Part shown: in pieces, positions 48,116 through 57,827 of the stretch | Position numbering within the stretch: the stretch's first letter is position 1 | Layout: each line of letters starts with the position of its first letter | Notes under the pieces: model-generated | Told to the model about the DNA's origin: nothing | Seen by the model: the letters and a program-made list of their open reading frames with translations, nothing else | Database searches by the model: none | NCBI GenBank assembly: GCA_045632305.1 | Contig: JAZQWL010000010.1 | Location: forward strand, 67,399-131,398 | Source: Eubacteriales bacterium | GTDB taxonomy: Bacteria > Bacillota > Clostridia > Oscillospirales > CAG-272 | DNA length: 64,000 nt | Reading direction: 5' to 3' | Program-made: the position numbers and the translations under genes

Positions 48116-48748
48116 TCAGCAGTTATTCTTTTTGAAAACTCGTTCGCAATTGCACTTGTCAAAGCTGGGATTGAATGCGTAGAAATTCTTTGAATTGAGT
48201 TTATCCTGCGTGATTCTTATAGCATCGCAGAATCTTTGATAATGCACTATTTCACGTTCTCTTAAGAACTTGATAGGATCACGCACGTCGGGATCGTCAA
48301 CCAAGCGAAGAATGTTGTCGTAGGTGACTCTTGCTTTTTGCTCTGCAGCGAGGTCCTCGTTAAGATCGGCAAGGGTGTCACCCTTAACGCCCACGTACTT
48401 GATATCGAACGGAGTTCCCGAGGCGGCAACGGGGTATACGCCCGTGGTATGATCTACAAAATACGTCGCGAAGGGAGTTTTTGCTATATCGTCGGGCTTG
48501 ATATTGGCGGTAAGCTGGTGAATGATTGCGGATACCATCTCGATGTGCGCGAGTTCTTCCGTTCCTACGTCGGTCAAAATTCCAATAACCTCATCGTATG
48601 GCATGGAATATCTCTGCTGAAGATAACGCATTGATGCAGCGAGTTCACCGTCGGGGCCACCCACCTGTGAAATAATGATTTGTGCTAACTGGGGATTGGG
48701 GTTTTTAATTTTTACGGGGTACTGAAGCTTCTTGTCATAGGTCCACAT
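48116..48748 (-). CDS. cotJC: Manganese-catalase-family spore coat protein CotJC
   Basis: 210 aa: QLAQIIISQVGGPDGELAASMRYLQQRY...EELAHIEM (ferritin-like di-metal motif). Last gene of a cotJA-B-C arrangement. Confidence 0.88.
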   Translation of the reverse strand: MWTYDKKLQYPVKIKNPNPQLAQIIISQVGGPDGELAASMRYLQQRYSMPYDEVIGILTDVGTEELAHIEMVSAIIHQLTANIKPDDIAKTPFATYFVDHTTGVYPVAASGTPFDIKYVGVKGDTLADLNEDLAAEQKARVTYDNILRLVDDPDVRDPIKFLREREIVHYQRFCDAIRITQDKLNSKNFYAFNPSFDKCNCERVFKKNNC

Positions 48749-48765
48749 ATAGTTTCCTCCTTCTC

Positions 48766-49146
48766 TTAAGTGTTTGCTTCATACGTCCACGGCCAGGGGG
48801 ATTTTATCCAATCCCAGGAGTCGTGAGAAGTGTTACCGTGAGAGGTTACGGGGCCGCATGTCGCCTCGTACTCGGCGAGTAATTTCTTTTTCTCGTCGAT
48901 AAGCGCGTGATAATGGCAGAGAGCTTCCTGACAGTCGGGATAAACGTCGAGGTAGAGAACGGTTTCGTCTATCGCGAAATTAACGCACATAAGCTGTTTT
49001 TTGAGTGTATCGCAATTGCCTCGGCAGGAGTTGTGCGCGTGATTACAAGGGTTGCAGGCGCAACCTCTGTTCGTGTTCTGCAAAGCGGCGCGACGGTGAT
49101 TGCAAGCGCAACCTAATGTGTTGTTGTGCATATTATTCATGTCCAT
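48766..49146 (-). CDS. cotJB: Spore coat protein CotJB with Cys/His-rich N-terminal extension
   Basis: The CotJB core is LKKQLMCVNFAIDETVLYLDVYPDCQEALCHYHAL. ATG 49146 follows an AAGGAGG RBS. The track ORF is extended to 49296 across cotJA. Confidence 0.8.
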   Translation of the reverse strand: MDMNNMHNNTLGCACNHRRAALQNTNRGCACNPCNHAHNSCRGNCDTLKKQLMCVNFAIDETVLYLDVYPDCQEALCHYHALIDEKKKLLAEYEATCGPVTSHGNTSHDSWDWIKSPWPWTYEANT

Positions 49147-49157
49147 GATCAACCTCC

Positions 49158-49463
49158 TTATTTGCAACCCTCGAAGGGCAGGTACAGTTCGGCGAAAAGT
49201 GTGCCGTGTTCGAGAGCTTCGTGGCATTTGTAAACGTTTCTGAAGGTCTGGTACGGGGAATAAACCATAGCGAGTGGGTATTCGTACAGTCCCCAACCGT
49301 TTCCGCGGTCATAGCCCTCGGGGTTACAGGGTGTTTTACGGCTCGAGATGTCGCGGGCTTCGTTTGTATTTCTTTCACAAGCATTACAAGCGGGGGCGTT
49401 CATTTGATCCATTTTGCGCCGCAGCTCGCGATACTGATCGGCGCGATAATTAGAATTGTGCAT
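49158..49463 (-). CDS. cotJA: Spore coat-associated protein CotJA
   Basis: C-terminal LAMVYSPYQTFRNVY...ALEHGTLFAELYLPF motif. ATG 49463 follows an AAAGGAG RBS. Confidence 0.8.
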   Translation of the reverse strand: MHNSNYRADQYRELRRKMDQMNAPACNACERNTNEARDISSRKTPCNPEGYDRGNGWGLYEYPLAMVYSPYQTFRNVYKCHEALEHGTLFAELYLPFEGCK

Positions 49464-49536
49464 AAGATCTCCTTTCGAATAGAAATTGATAAATCTCGTT
49501 ACCATTATCCATTCTATGATCGCGGGGAGAATTTTG

Positions 49537-50862
49537 TCACAATACGTCGTTTAAAAATTTCGGCCTTGTAATTTCCTTTCTTAATATAAATATTGCGCCC
49601 AGATTTATCAGCGTCATTACTCCGATTGAAAGGTCGGATGCGTCCCAGATGACGTCGGATGTGAAAACCGTTCCAAAAACGATAAGGGCGGAGAAGAGGA
49701 TAACGTAAAGCGTTTTTACGGCGGGGCGGCGTGTGAGATATTCAAGCGCCATGATGCCGTATTTTGCCCAGCAGATGAGCGTGGCGAACGCGAAAAGAAA
49801 TACCGAAATACATAAGAATATATCCGACACGCCGCCAAGCTCAGCGGAAAAGGCATTCATGACAAGGATCATCGGGTTGGCGACATTATGCTCCGCTCCC
49901 GAGATAATTATAACAATTGCTGTGAGCGTGCATAAAATGATCGTGTCGGCAAACACCTCAAAAACCCCCATAAGGCCTTGCTTTTCGGGAATTTGTGTGT
50001 CAGAGAGCGCATGCGCGGCAGGAGCGGTACCCGCTCCCGCTTCATTGGAAATAAGTCCTCGCATACTCCCCGCGCGAAAAGCTCGTGAGGCGGCAAATCC
50101 GAGCACACCGCCGCCGATGCTTACGGGAGCGAACGCGTCCTTGAATATAATAGCGAAGGCGTCGGCGAGTTGATCGCGTCGGAGAAGAATCGCGATTATG
50201 CAAAAGATTATATAAAGCAAGCTCATTACGGGCACGATTATGCTCGTGATCTTCTCGACTCTGCCCGATTTGTAGAGAATAGCCATTATAAATAGTGCGG
50301 CGGTGACAATGCCAATAATTACGGGCTTTATATCAAAAACGTGAGAAAAAGACGAGGAGATTGCGTTTGATTGGAGCATGCAGCCCATTGTGAGCGAGTT
50401 GAAAATACAGAAAATAACGAAAATTTTCGATGCCGCCTTGCCTATGCGCGCAAGCTTTAAAGATTTCATTGCGGCAAAAATATAATACGCCGCGCCGCCG
50501 CAATATCCTATGTCGGTTTTTTCTCGGTATTTCATAGAAATTACGATCTCCGCATATTTTAGAGACATAGCAAGTATAGCTGAAATCCACATCCAGAAGA
50601 CCGCGCCGTACCCACCGATCATGATAGCTGACGCTACGCCCACTATGTTCCCGACACCGAGTGTTCCCGCAAGCGCAAGACACAGGGCGGAGAAGGGGGA
50701 GGTCTCTCCTTTCTTCTCGCGTCGCAAAAGCAATTTGGCGGAGGCAACAGGGTGAAAAATATAAAAACCTCGCAGCTTCAACGTTACAACCGCGCCCGAA
50801 ATTATAAGCAAAATCGGCGTTACAACACTGAAAAAACATTTATTCATAAGGGCTAAAATCAT
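49537..50862 (-). CDS. Sodium:alanine (amino acid carrier, AGCS) family symporter
   Basis: ~441-aa polytopic protein with SPFSALCLALAGTLGVGNIVGVA and NEAGAGTAPAAHA motifs. ATG 50862 follows a GAGGTAAAGG RBS. Confidence 0.85.
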   Translation of the reverse strand: MILALMNKCFFSVVTPILLIISGAVVTLKLRGFYIFHPVASAKLLLRREKKGETSPFSALCLALAGTLGVGNIVGVASAIMIGGYGAVFWMWISAILAMSLKYAEIVISMKYREKTDIGYCGGAAYYIFAAMKSLKLARIGKAASKIFVIFCIFNSLTMGCMLQSNAISSSFSHVFDIKPVIIGIVTAALFIMAILYKSGRVEKITSIIVPVMSLLYIIFCIIAILLRRDQLADAFAIIFKDAFAPVSIGGGVLGFAASRAFRAGSMRGLISNEAGAGTAPAAHALSDTQIPEKQGLMGVFEVFADTIILCTLTAIVIIISGAEHNVANPMILVMNAFSAELGGVSDIFLCISVFLFAFATLICWAKYGIMALEYLTRRPAVKTLYVILFSALIVFGTVFTSDVIWDASDLSIGVMTLINLGAIFILRKEITRPKFLNDVL

Positions 50863-51022
50863 ATCCTTTACCTCACAGCTTTTATGTATATAAAAAATTA
50901 TGAGTGGCAAAAAATATTTATAACTTTCAAGCGTTAAATTAAAATTTCATTTGTAAATAGATTGTGAATTATAGGGGAAACCTCTTGATTTTTCCTGTAT
51001 TTAGTGTAAAATAAAGAGGTGG

Positions 51023-51049
51023 TTAGCAATCAACACACAAGAGTGCTAA
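51023..51049 (+). promoter_or_regulatory. CIRCE operator (HrcA site) upstream of groES
   Basis: TTAGCAATC-N9-GAGTGCTAA matches the consensus TTAGCACTC-N9-GAGTGCTAA. It lies just downstream of TTGATT-16 nt-TAAAAT (50985-51012). Confidence 0.85.
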
Positions 51050-51098
51050 AAATTAAATTTCACATATAAGAATTCATTTTAAAGGAGGAAAATTTAAA

Positions 51099-51383
51099 AT
51101 GACTATTAAACCCTTACAGAACAGAGTAGTAATTAAATTTGTAGAAGCTGAAGAAAAGACAAAGGGCGGTATCATCTTGACAGCAAGTGCTCAGGAAAAG
51201 CCCCAGATTGCTGAAGTAGTAGCAGTAGGCCCCGGTAAGATCGAGGACGGCAACCTTGTTCCCGTATCCGTTAAGGTAGGCGAAAAGGTTATTGCAAGCA
51301 AGTATGCAGGTACAACAGTTAAGTTCGACGGTGTTGAATACGTTATTCTCTCCGAAGACGATCTTTTCGCAGTTGTTGAATAA
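51099..51383 (+). CDS. groES: Co-chaperonin GroES
   Basis: 94 aa: IKPLQNRVVIKFVEAEEKTKGGIILT. Confidence 0.97.
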   Translation: MTIKPLQNRVVIKFVEAEEKTKGGIILTASAQEKPQIAEVVAVGPGKIEDGNLVPVSVKVGEKVIASKYAGTTVKFDGVEYVILSEDDLFAVVE

Positions 51384-51398
51384 TTCCCTTGGAGGTAA

Positions 51399-53030
<1,632 letters not shown>

Positions 53031-53130
53031 TCTGCGCGTAGCGCAATCAGTTATAAGTTATGAGATATGAGTTATGAGATGCTTCGCATCGCTGATAACG
53101 CTTGCGTAGCAAACTCTAAACATTTGGCGC
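53031..53130 (+). repeat. Short copy of the GTTATGA/mini-hairpin repeat family between the groEL stop and its terminator
   Basis: GCGC-gta-GCGC, GTTATAA, GTTATGA x2, GATGC-ttc-GCATC, GATAAC, TTGC-gta-GCAA, AACTCTAAAC. It is collinear with the minus-strand reading of 46260-46400. Confidence 0.7.
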
Positions 53131-53155
53131 TCCCCAAATATATAACTGTAAATTT

Positions 53156-53187
53156 AAAAACCTCTCGCATAAGCGAGAGGTTTTTTG
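53156..53187. terminator. Bidirectional terminator (groEL / tetR-family gene)
   Basis: CCTCTCGC-ataa-GCGAGAGG flanked by an A5 run and a T6 run. Confidence 0.8.
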
Positions 53188-53190
53188 TTA

Positions 53191-53757
53191 TTATATCGCC
53201 AGCATAAAATATTCCGCAAGCGTTTCGGGGGATTCAACTTTGCCGTTGTCGAGCCACCAGCGGACTGTTTCAACAAACGTTGTACAGATGTGATTTATCC
53301 AGAAATCAAGGGGAAGGGCGGGTGGCTTTTTATTTTCGAAGAGATGGAGCTGGTATTTTATCAGTGCCTTTAAGTTCTCCTTGAAATAACGTACAAAAAG
53401 CTCGTTGTTCTCGCAGGAGAGAAGCTCTAAGATATTGTTATCGTTTTTTTGCAGATGCTGAAGCAGATGTAAAATAACCGATGCGGGCGCGTCGCACTCG
53501 AAGATGTGGTGATGATGCTCATTACCGTCCTCGGTCGAGTCGAATATGTGGCAGAAAAGCTCCTTACAAAGCTCCTTGAGTAAAAAATCCTTGGTTTCAA
53601 AGTGCGCGTAAAACGTAGCTCTGCCAATATTTGCGGTGTCTATAATTTCGCCAACTGTGATCTGATTAAAATGTTTTTTGGAGAGAAGAGAAATAAATGC
53701 TGAAAATATCGCCTCTCTCGTCTTTTTTTGCCGTCTGTCCATATTTTCTCCATACAT
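53191..53757 (-). CDS. TetR/AcrR-family transcriptional regulator
   Basis: 188 aa with an N-terminal HTH (KKTREAIFSAFISLLSKKHFNQITVGEIIDTANIGRATFYAHF). Confidence 0.88.
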   Translation of the reverse strand: MYGENMDRRQKKTREAIFSAFISLLSKKHFNQITVGEIIDTANIGRATFYAHFETKDFLLKELCKELFCHIFDSTEDGNEHHHHIFECDAPASVILHLLQHLQKNDNNILELLSCENNELFVRYFKENLKALIKYQLHLFENKKPPALPLDFWINHICTTFVETVRWWLDNGKVESPETLAEYFMLAI

Positions 53758-53767
53758 TTTGAGAATT

Positions 53768-53785
53768 TTGTTCGGTATCGAACAA
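53768..53785. promoter_or_regulatory. Perfect palindrome, candidate TetR operator
   Basis: TTGTTCG-GTAT-CGAACAA sits in the divergent tetR/CDF intergenic region. A second near-palindrome TTGAATATAATTATATTGAA is at 53821-53840, with related half-sites GAACAA/GTTCGG at 53839-53852. Confidence 0.5.
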
Positions 53786-53901
53786 TTATAAATAAGAATC
53801 TGTTGATTTTGTATTTCGGATTGAATATAATTATATTGAACAAGTAGTTCGGTAACTATATTGTATCAAAAATTTTCAGTTTTGTCAACACGGAGGAAAC
53901 G

Positions 53902-54810
53902 ATGAAAACCCATAAAAATATTTTGATTGCATTTATATTGAATTTCGCATTTTCGATCTTCGAATTTTTCGGCGGAGTTTTCACGGGAAGCGTTGCCATT
54001 ACCTCTGATGCAGTTCACGATCTCGGAGATGCTATGAGTATTGGTATGTCGTTCTTTCTCGAAAAAAAGAGCAAGCGTCAGCCCGACGAAAAATACACCT
54101 ATGGATACACGAGATTTTCGGTGCTCGGCGGGGTAATAACCACCTTTATTCTTCTTATCGGTTCTGCCGCGGTTATTTATAATGCAGTGCATAGAATTTT
54201 CAACCCCGTCGAAATTAATTATAACGGAATGATAATTTTTGCGATCGTGGGGGTTTGTGTTAACCTGGCGGCGGCATTCTTTACACATGGAGGGGATTCG
54301 TTTAATCAAAAGGCCGTGAATCTTCACATGATCGAGGACGTTCTCGGTTGGGTGGTCGTTCTTGTGGGCGCGATCGTTATGCGCTTTACCGACTTCTATC
54401 TTATTGACCCTATTATGTCGATTGGAGTGGCAACCTTTATTCTTGTGAGCGCGATAGGGAACCTTAAGACCGCTCTTGATATTTTCCTTGAAAAGAATCC
54501 TATGAGCCGTGAGATCAAGGAGATCAAGGAGCATATAACCCGTATTGAGGGCGTGCTCGGTGTTCATCATATTCATATCCGTTCGACTGACGGATATAAC
54601 GTTTTTGCGAGCATGCACGTTGTTGTAAACGGTGATCACAAGGAGATTAAAGCGAAAATTCGCGAGGAGCTTTCCAAGCACGGAATCTGTCATGCTACCC
54701 TTGAGCTTGAAGACGAGGGTGAGGAGTGCGGAGCGGAGTTCTGTCATCTTGAATTTGAGGAGAGCGCGGGACATCACCATCACCACCATCACCACCATCA
54801 TCACCATTAA
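53902..54810 (+). CDS. Cation diffusion facilitator (CzcD/ZitB-type Zn/Co/Cd efflux) with C-terminal His12 tail
   Basis: 302 aa with a TM-II HDLGD site and a TM-V HMIEDVLG site, a cytoplasmic domain, and a terminal GHHHHHHHHHHHH. Confidence 0.88.
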   Translation: MKTHKNILIAFILNFAFSIFEFFGGVFTGSVAITSDAVHDLGDAMSIGMSFFLEKKSKRQPDEKYTYGYTRFSVLGGVITTFILLIGSAAVIYNAVHRIFNPVEINYNGMIIFAIVGVCVNLAAAFFTHGGDSFNQKAVNLHMIEDVLGWVVVLVGAIVMRFTDFYLIDPIMSIGVATFILVSAIGNLKTALDIFLEKNPMSREIKEIKEHITRIEGVLGVHHIHIRSTDGYNVFASMHVVVNGDHKEIKAKIREELSKHGICHATLELEDEGEECGAEFCHLEFEESAGHHHHHHHHHHHH

Positions 54811-54885
54811 TTAAATGGGGTATTGCCTTTTCGTATAATTTATGCTATAATATGGTAAAGATCATACGTCTATAAGGAGGTATTT

Positions 54886-55611
54886 ATGATTAAATATGAT
54901 ATAGAGGGAGGAAATCTTCCCGTTCTTATATGCTACCCCGAGGTTGGACAGACGCTTTGCACACAGACGGGCGCGATGAGCTGGATGAGCCCCAACATGC
55001 AGATGCAAACTAATTCTGGCGGCGGCGTTAAGAAGGTCTTTGGCAGACTTTTCTCGGGTGAATCGCTCTTTATGAATGAGTATACCCCCATAGGAAGCAC
55101 GGGCACGATAGCGTTCGCTTCGAGCTTTCCCGGTTCGATCCTTCCGTATCACGTAACTCCCGGCAGGGGAATAATCGTGCAGAAGCGCGGCTTTCTCGCT
55201 ATGGAGAAAGGGCTCGACGTTTCGGTATATTTTCAGAAAAAGTTCCGTGGTGGATTTTTTGGCGGCGAGGGCTTCATTATGCAGAAAATTTCAGGTGATG
55301 GCCTTGTGTTCCTTGAAATTGACGGATACTGCAAGGAATATACCCTTGAAGCGGGACAGAGCATTATCATGAATACGGGATATCTTGCGGCTATGAGTGA
55401 TACATGCACCATGGACGTTGAAATGGTAAGGGGTGTTAAGAATATATTCCTCGGCGGTGAGGGATTGTTCAACACGCGTGTTACGGGTCCCGGTAAGGTA
55501 TATATTCAGTCCATGCCTATTTCGAATACCGCAGCGGCGATCGCGCCTTACATACAGATCGAAACAAACAATGATAACAACGGCGGAGGCGGATTTACGA
55601 TTCGCTTGTAA
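54886..55611 (+). CDS. AIM24/TIGR00266 (DUF124) family protein
   Basis: 241 aa: GAMSWMSPNMQMQT...GESLFMNEY...GEGFIMQKISGDGLVFLE...GEGLFNTRVTGPGKVYIQS. Confidence 0.75.
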   Translation: MIKYDIEGGNLPVLICYPEVGQTLCTQTGAMSWMSPNMQMQTNSGGGVKKVFGRLFSGESLFMNEYTPIGSTGTIAFASSFPGSILPYHVTPGRGIIVQKRGFLAMEKGLDVSVYFQKKFRGGFFGGEGFIMQKISGDGLVFLEIDGYCKEYTLEAGQSIIMNTGYLAAMSDTCTMDVEMVRGVKNIFLGGEGLFNTRVTGPGKVYIQSMPISNTAAAIAPYIQIETNNDNNGGGGFTIRL

Positions 55612-55616
55612 TATGA

Positions 55617-55652
55617 AAAGCACCGAGAAGAAACTTCTCGGTGCTTTCTGTT
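55617..55652. terminator. Bidirectional terminator (AIM24-family gene / recG)
   Basis: 12-bp stem AGCACCGAGAAG/CTTCTCGGTGCT. Confidence 0.8.
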
Positions 55653-57818
55653 TTAGCTTATAATATCGGATTGCAGAGTGAACATTTTCTGAATATCGTC
55701 AAGCAAGGGCTTGTGATCGTCAAGATTTTCATTTTTGATGAATTCTCTCGCGGCGGCGAACGCCTCTTCCATAAGAGATGCGTCCTCGCACATATCGGCA
55801 AGCTTGAAGTACATATCGCCGCTCTGTCTGATCTCTCGGCTTGTGGAGAGGCAGAGAAAGTCGCCGGGGCCTCGCTGCTTCAAGTCCTCCTCGGCAATCT
55901 CAAAGCCGTTGTAGGAACGCGTCATGGTTTCAAGGCGCGCTCTTGAATTCTCGGAGAGCTGGGCTTTGGATTTAGTTCCCGCAACCAAGATGCAATATGA
56001 TTTTTTGCTTCCTCTTCCAACTCGACCGCGAAGCTGATGTAACTGAGAAAGACCGAATCTTTCGGCGTTTTCTACTATCATGAGCGTGGCATTAGGCACG
56101 TTCACGCCGACCTCGATAACGGTTGTGGAAACGAGAACGTCAATATTGCCTCGGGCAAAATTGTTCATAACGGTATCCTTTTCGGCTGTTTTGAGCTTAC
56201 CGTGAACAAAGCCGATACGGAGATTTTGTAGTCGTGCCGCAAGCTCGTCCGCATATTGAACTGCCGCCTTGAGCGGAGGGGCGCTTGGTTTTTCAATATA
56301 GTCAAGTGAGGAGAGAGGAATTCCCGAAAGGTCGATTTCGTCGTCCTCAAGCTCCTTTTCTTCAACTGCAGGGCAAACGATATAAACCTGCGAGCCCTCG
56401 GATACCTGCTTTTCGATAAATGCATCAAGTCGGGAGCGGTAGCTCTCGTCAACGAGGAAGGTGTCAACCTTCTGTCTGCCTACGGGCATCTCGGTAATTT
56501 TTGAAAGATTGAGATCGCCGTACATAACGAGCGCAAGTGAGCGTGGAATAGGCGTCGCGCTCATAACGAGCATGTGGGAGTGGCGACTCTTTTTTGAGAG
56601 AGTAGCGCGCTGATTTACGCCGAAGCGATGCTGCTCGTCAATTACAGTAAGCGCGGGGGAGAAAAACTCCACCTTCTCCGAAATGAGCGCCTGCGTGCCG
56701 ATCACAATATCGATACGCTCGTCGGGATCAACGCTTGAAAGCATTGCCTGAACTCTTGCCTTCTTTGCGGGGGTAAGTGAGCCCACAAGGAGCGCACACT
56801 TGATTCCAAGCGCCTCAAACATGGGGGCGAGGTCTGCGTAGTGCTGTGTCGCGAGAATTTCGGTGGGTGCCATAAGCGCCGCCTGACCGCCGTTCTTGAC
56901 GGCAATATACATAGCCGCGGCGGCTACGACCGTTTTACCGCATCCAACGTCACCGATAACGATACGGCTCATGGGAATATCGTTCTTCATATCGCGAGCG
57001 ATGTCAGAGATCGCGTTTGTCTGACCGTCTGTCAGCTTGTACGGCAAAAGGGAAAGCAAGGGTGAGACGTCGGAGTCGGGGCATTTTTTTGCCGTACCCT
57101 CGCGAGTGACTTTTTTTGCCGAGATCGCCATACCCGTGGCAAATTTGAAGAATTCGTCGAATATAAGGCGGCGCTTGGCTTCGGACAGTGATTTTATATC
57201 GGTTGGCTTGTGTATCTGATTTATTGCAAATGAAATGTCGCAAAGACCGTGCCCGTCGAGAATATCGCGGGGCATACAATCGGGAATATTGTTTTCCACA
57301 AGTGAGAGCGCGGAGTCGACATGGGACGCGATCTGCTTTTGCGAAAGTCCGTCGGTGAGCGGGTAAATAGGTGCAAATGGGGGGAGGGGCTTGTCCTCGA
57401 AATACGGCTCTGCTACGGGGGAGCTCATTTCGTAATTTTTGCCTACTTTCTCAACCCTACCGAAAAAGCGGAAGGTTGAGCCGATGGGGAACGTGCTCTT
57501 GAGATAATCCTGATTGAAATACGTAATTTCGCACACACCAGATTCGTCGAACGCGCGGAATTTAAGGAGCGACATGCCGCGTCGAATGAGATGAACTCTT
57601 GGTGCAGTTGCAACCGTAAGAATTACTGCGCTTTTGAGGTCGGGGGACGCCTCGCAGAGCAGGGAGATGTGTGAGCGGTTTTCGTAAGCTCTCGGGAAAA
57701 AGTAGATAAGATCGCGCAGATTTTCAACGCCGAGGCGGTTGTACGCCGTCCTCTTTACTTTTCCGACGCCGTTGATAGAGCCGATAGGATATTTTGAAAG
57801 ATCGTTTAATTTTTCCAT
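55653..57818 (-). CDS. recG: ATP-dependent DNA helicase RecG
   Basis: 721 aa with an N-terminal wedge/OB domain, GDVGCGKT, DEQHRFG, SATPIPRS and QLRGRVGRG. Confidence 0.95.
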   Translation of the reverse strand: MEKLNDLSKYPIGSINGVGKVKRTAYNRLGVENLRDLIYFFPRAYENRSHISLLCEASPDLKSAVILTVATAPRVHLIRRGMSLLKFRAFDESGVCEITYFNQDYLKSTFPIGSTFRFFGRVEKVGKNYEMSSPVAEPYFEDKPLPPFAPIYPLTDGLSQKQIASHVDSALSLVENNIPDCMPRDILDGHGLCDISFAINQIHKPTDIKSLSEAKRRLIFDEFFKFATGMAISAKKVTREGTAKKCPDSDVSPLLSLLPYKLTDGQTNAISDIARDMKNDIPMSRIVIGDVGCGKTVVAAAAMYIAVKNGGQAALMAPTEILATQHYADLAPMFEALGIKCALLVGSLTPAKKARVQAMLSSVDPDERIDIVIGTQALISEKVEFFSPALTVIDEQHRFGVNQRATLSKKSRHSHMLVMSATPIPRSLALVMYGDLNLSKITEMPVGRQKVDTFLVDESYRSRLDAFIEKQVSEGSQVYIVCPAVEEKELEDDEIDLSGIPLSSLDYIEKPSAPPLKAAVQYADELAARLQNLRIGFVHGKLKTAEKDTVMNNFARGNIDVLVSTTVIEVGVNVPNATLMIVENAERFGLSQLHQLRGRVGRGSKKSYCILVAGTKSKAQLSENSRARLETMTRSYNGFEIAEEDLKQRGPGDFLCLSTSREIRQSGDMYFKLADMCEDASLMEEAFAAAREFIKNENLDDHKPLLDDIQKMFTLQSDIIS

Positions 57819-57827
57819 GGCTCCTCC

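Noticed and set aside
49146-49296. N-terminal 50 codons of the 176-aa track ORF (48766-49296)
   Set aside because: This extension overlaps cotJA in another frame and has no RBS. ATG 49146 with AAGGAGG is the credible cotJB start.
54775-54810. His12 run as an engineered affinity tag or vector contamination
   Set aside because: There are no linker, protease-site or vector sequences around it. The native promoter and terminator context is intact, and His-rich tails are normal for CDF transporters.
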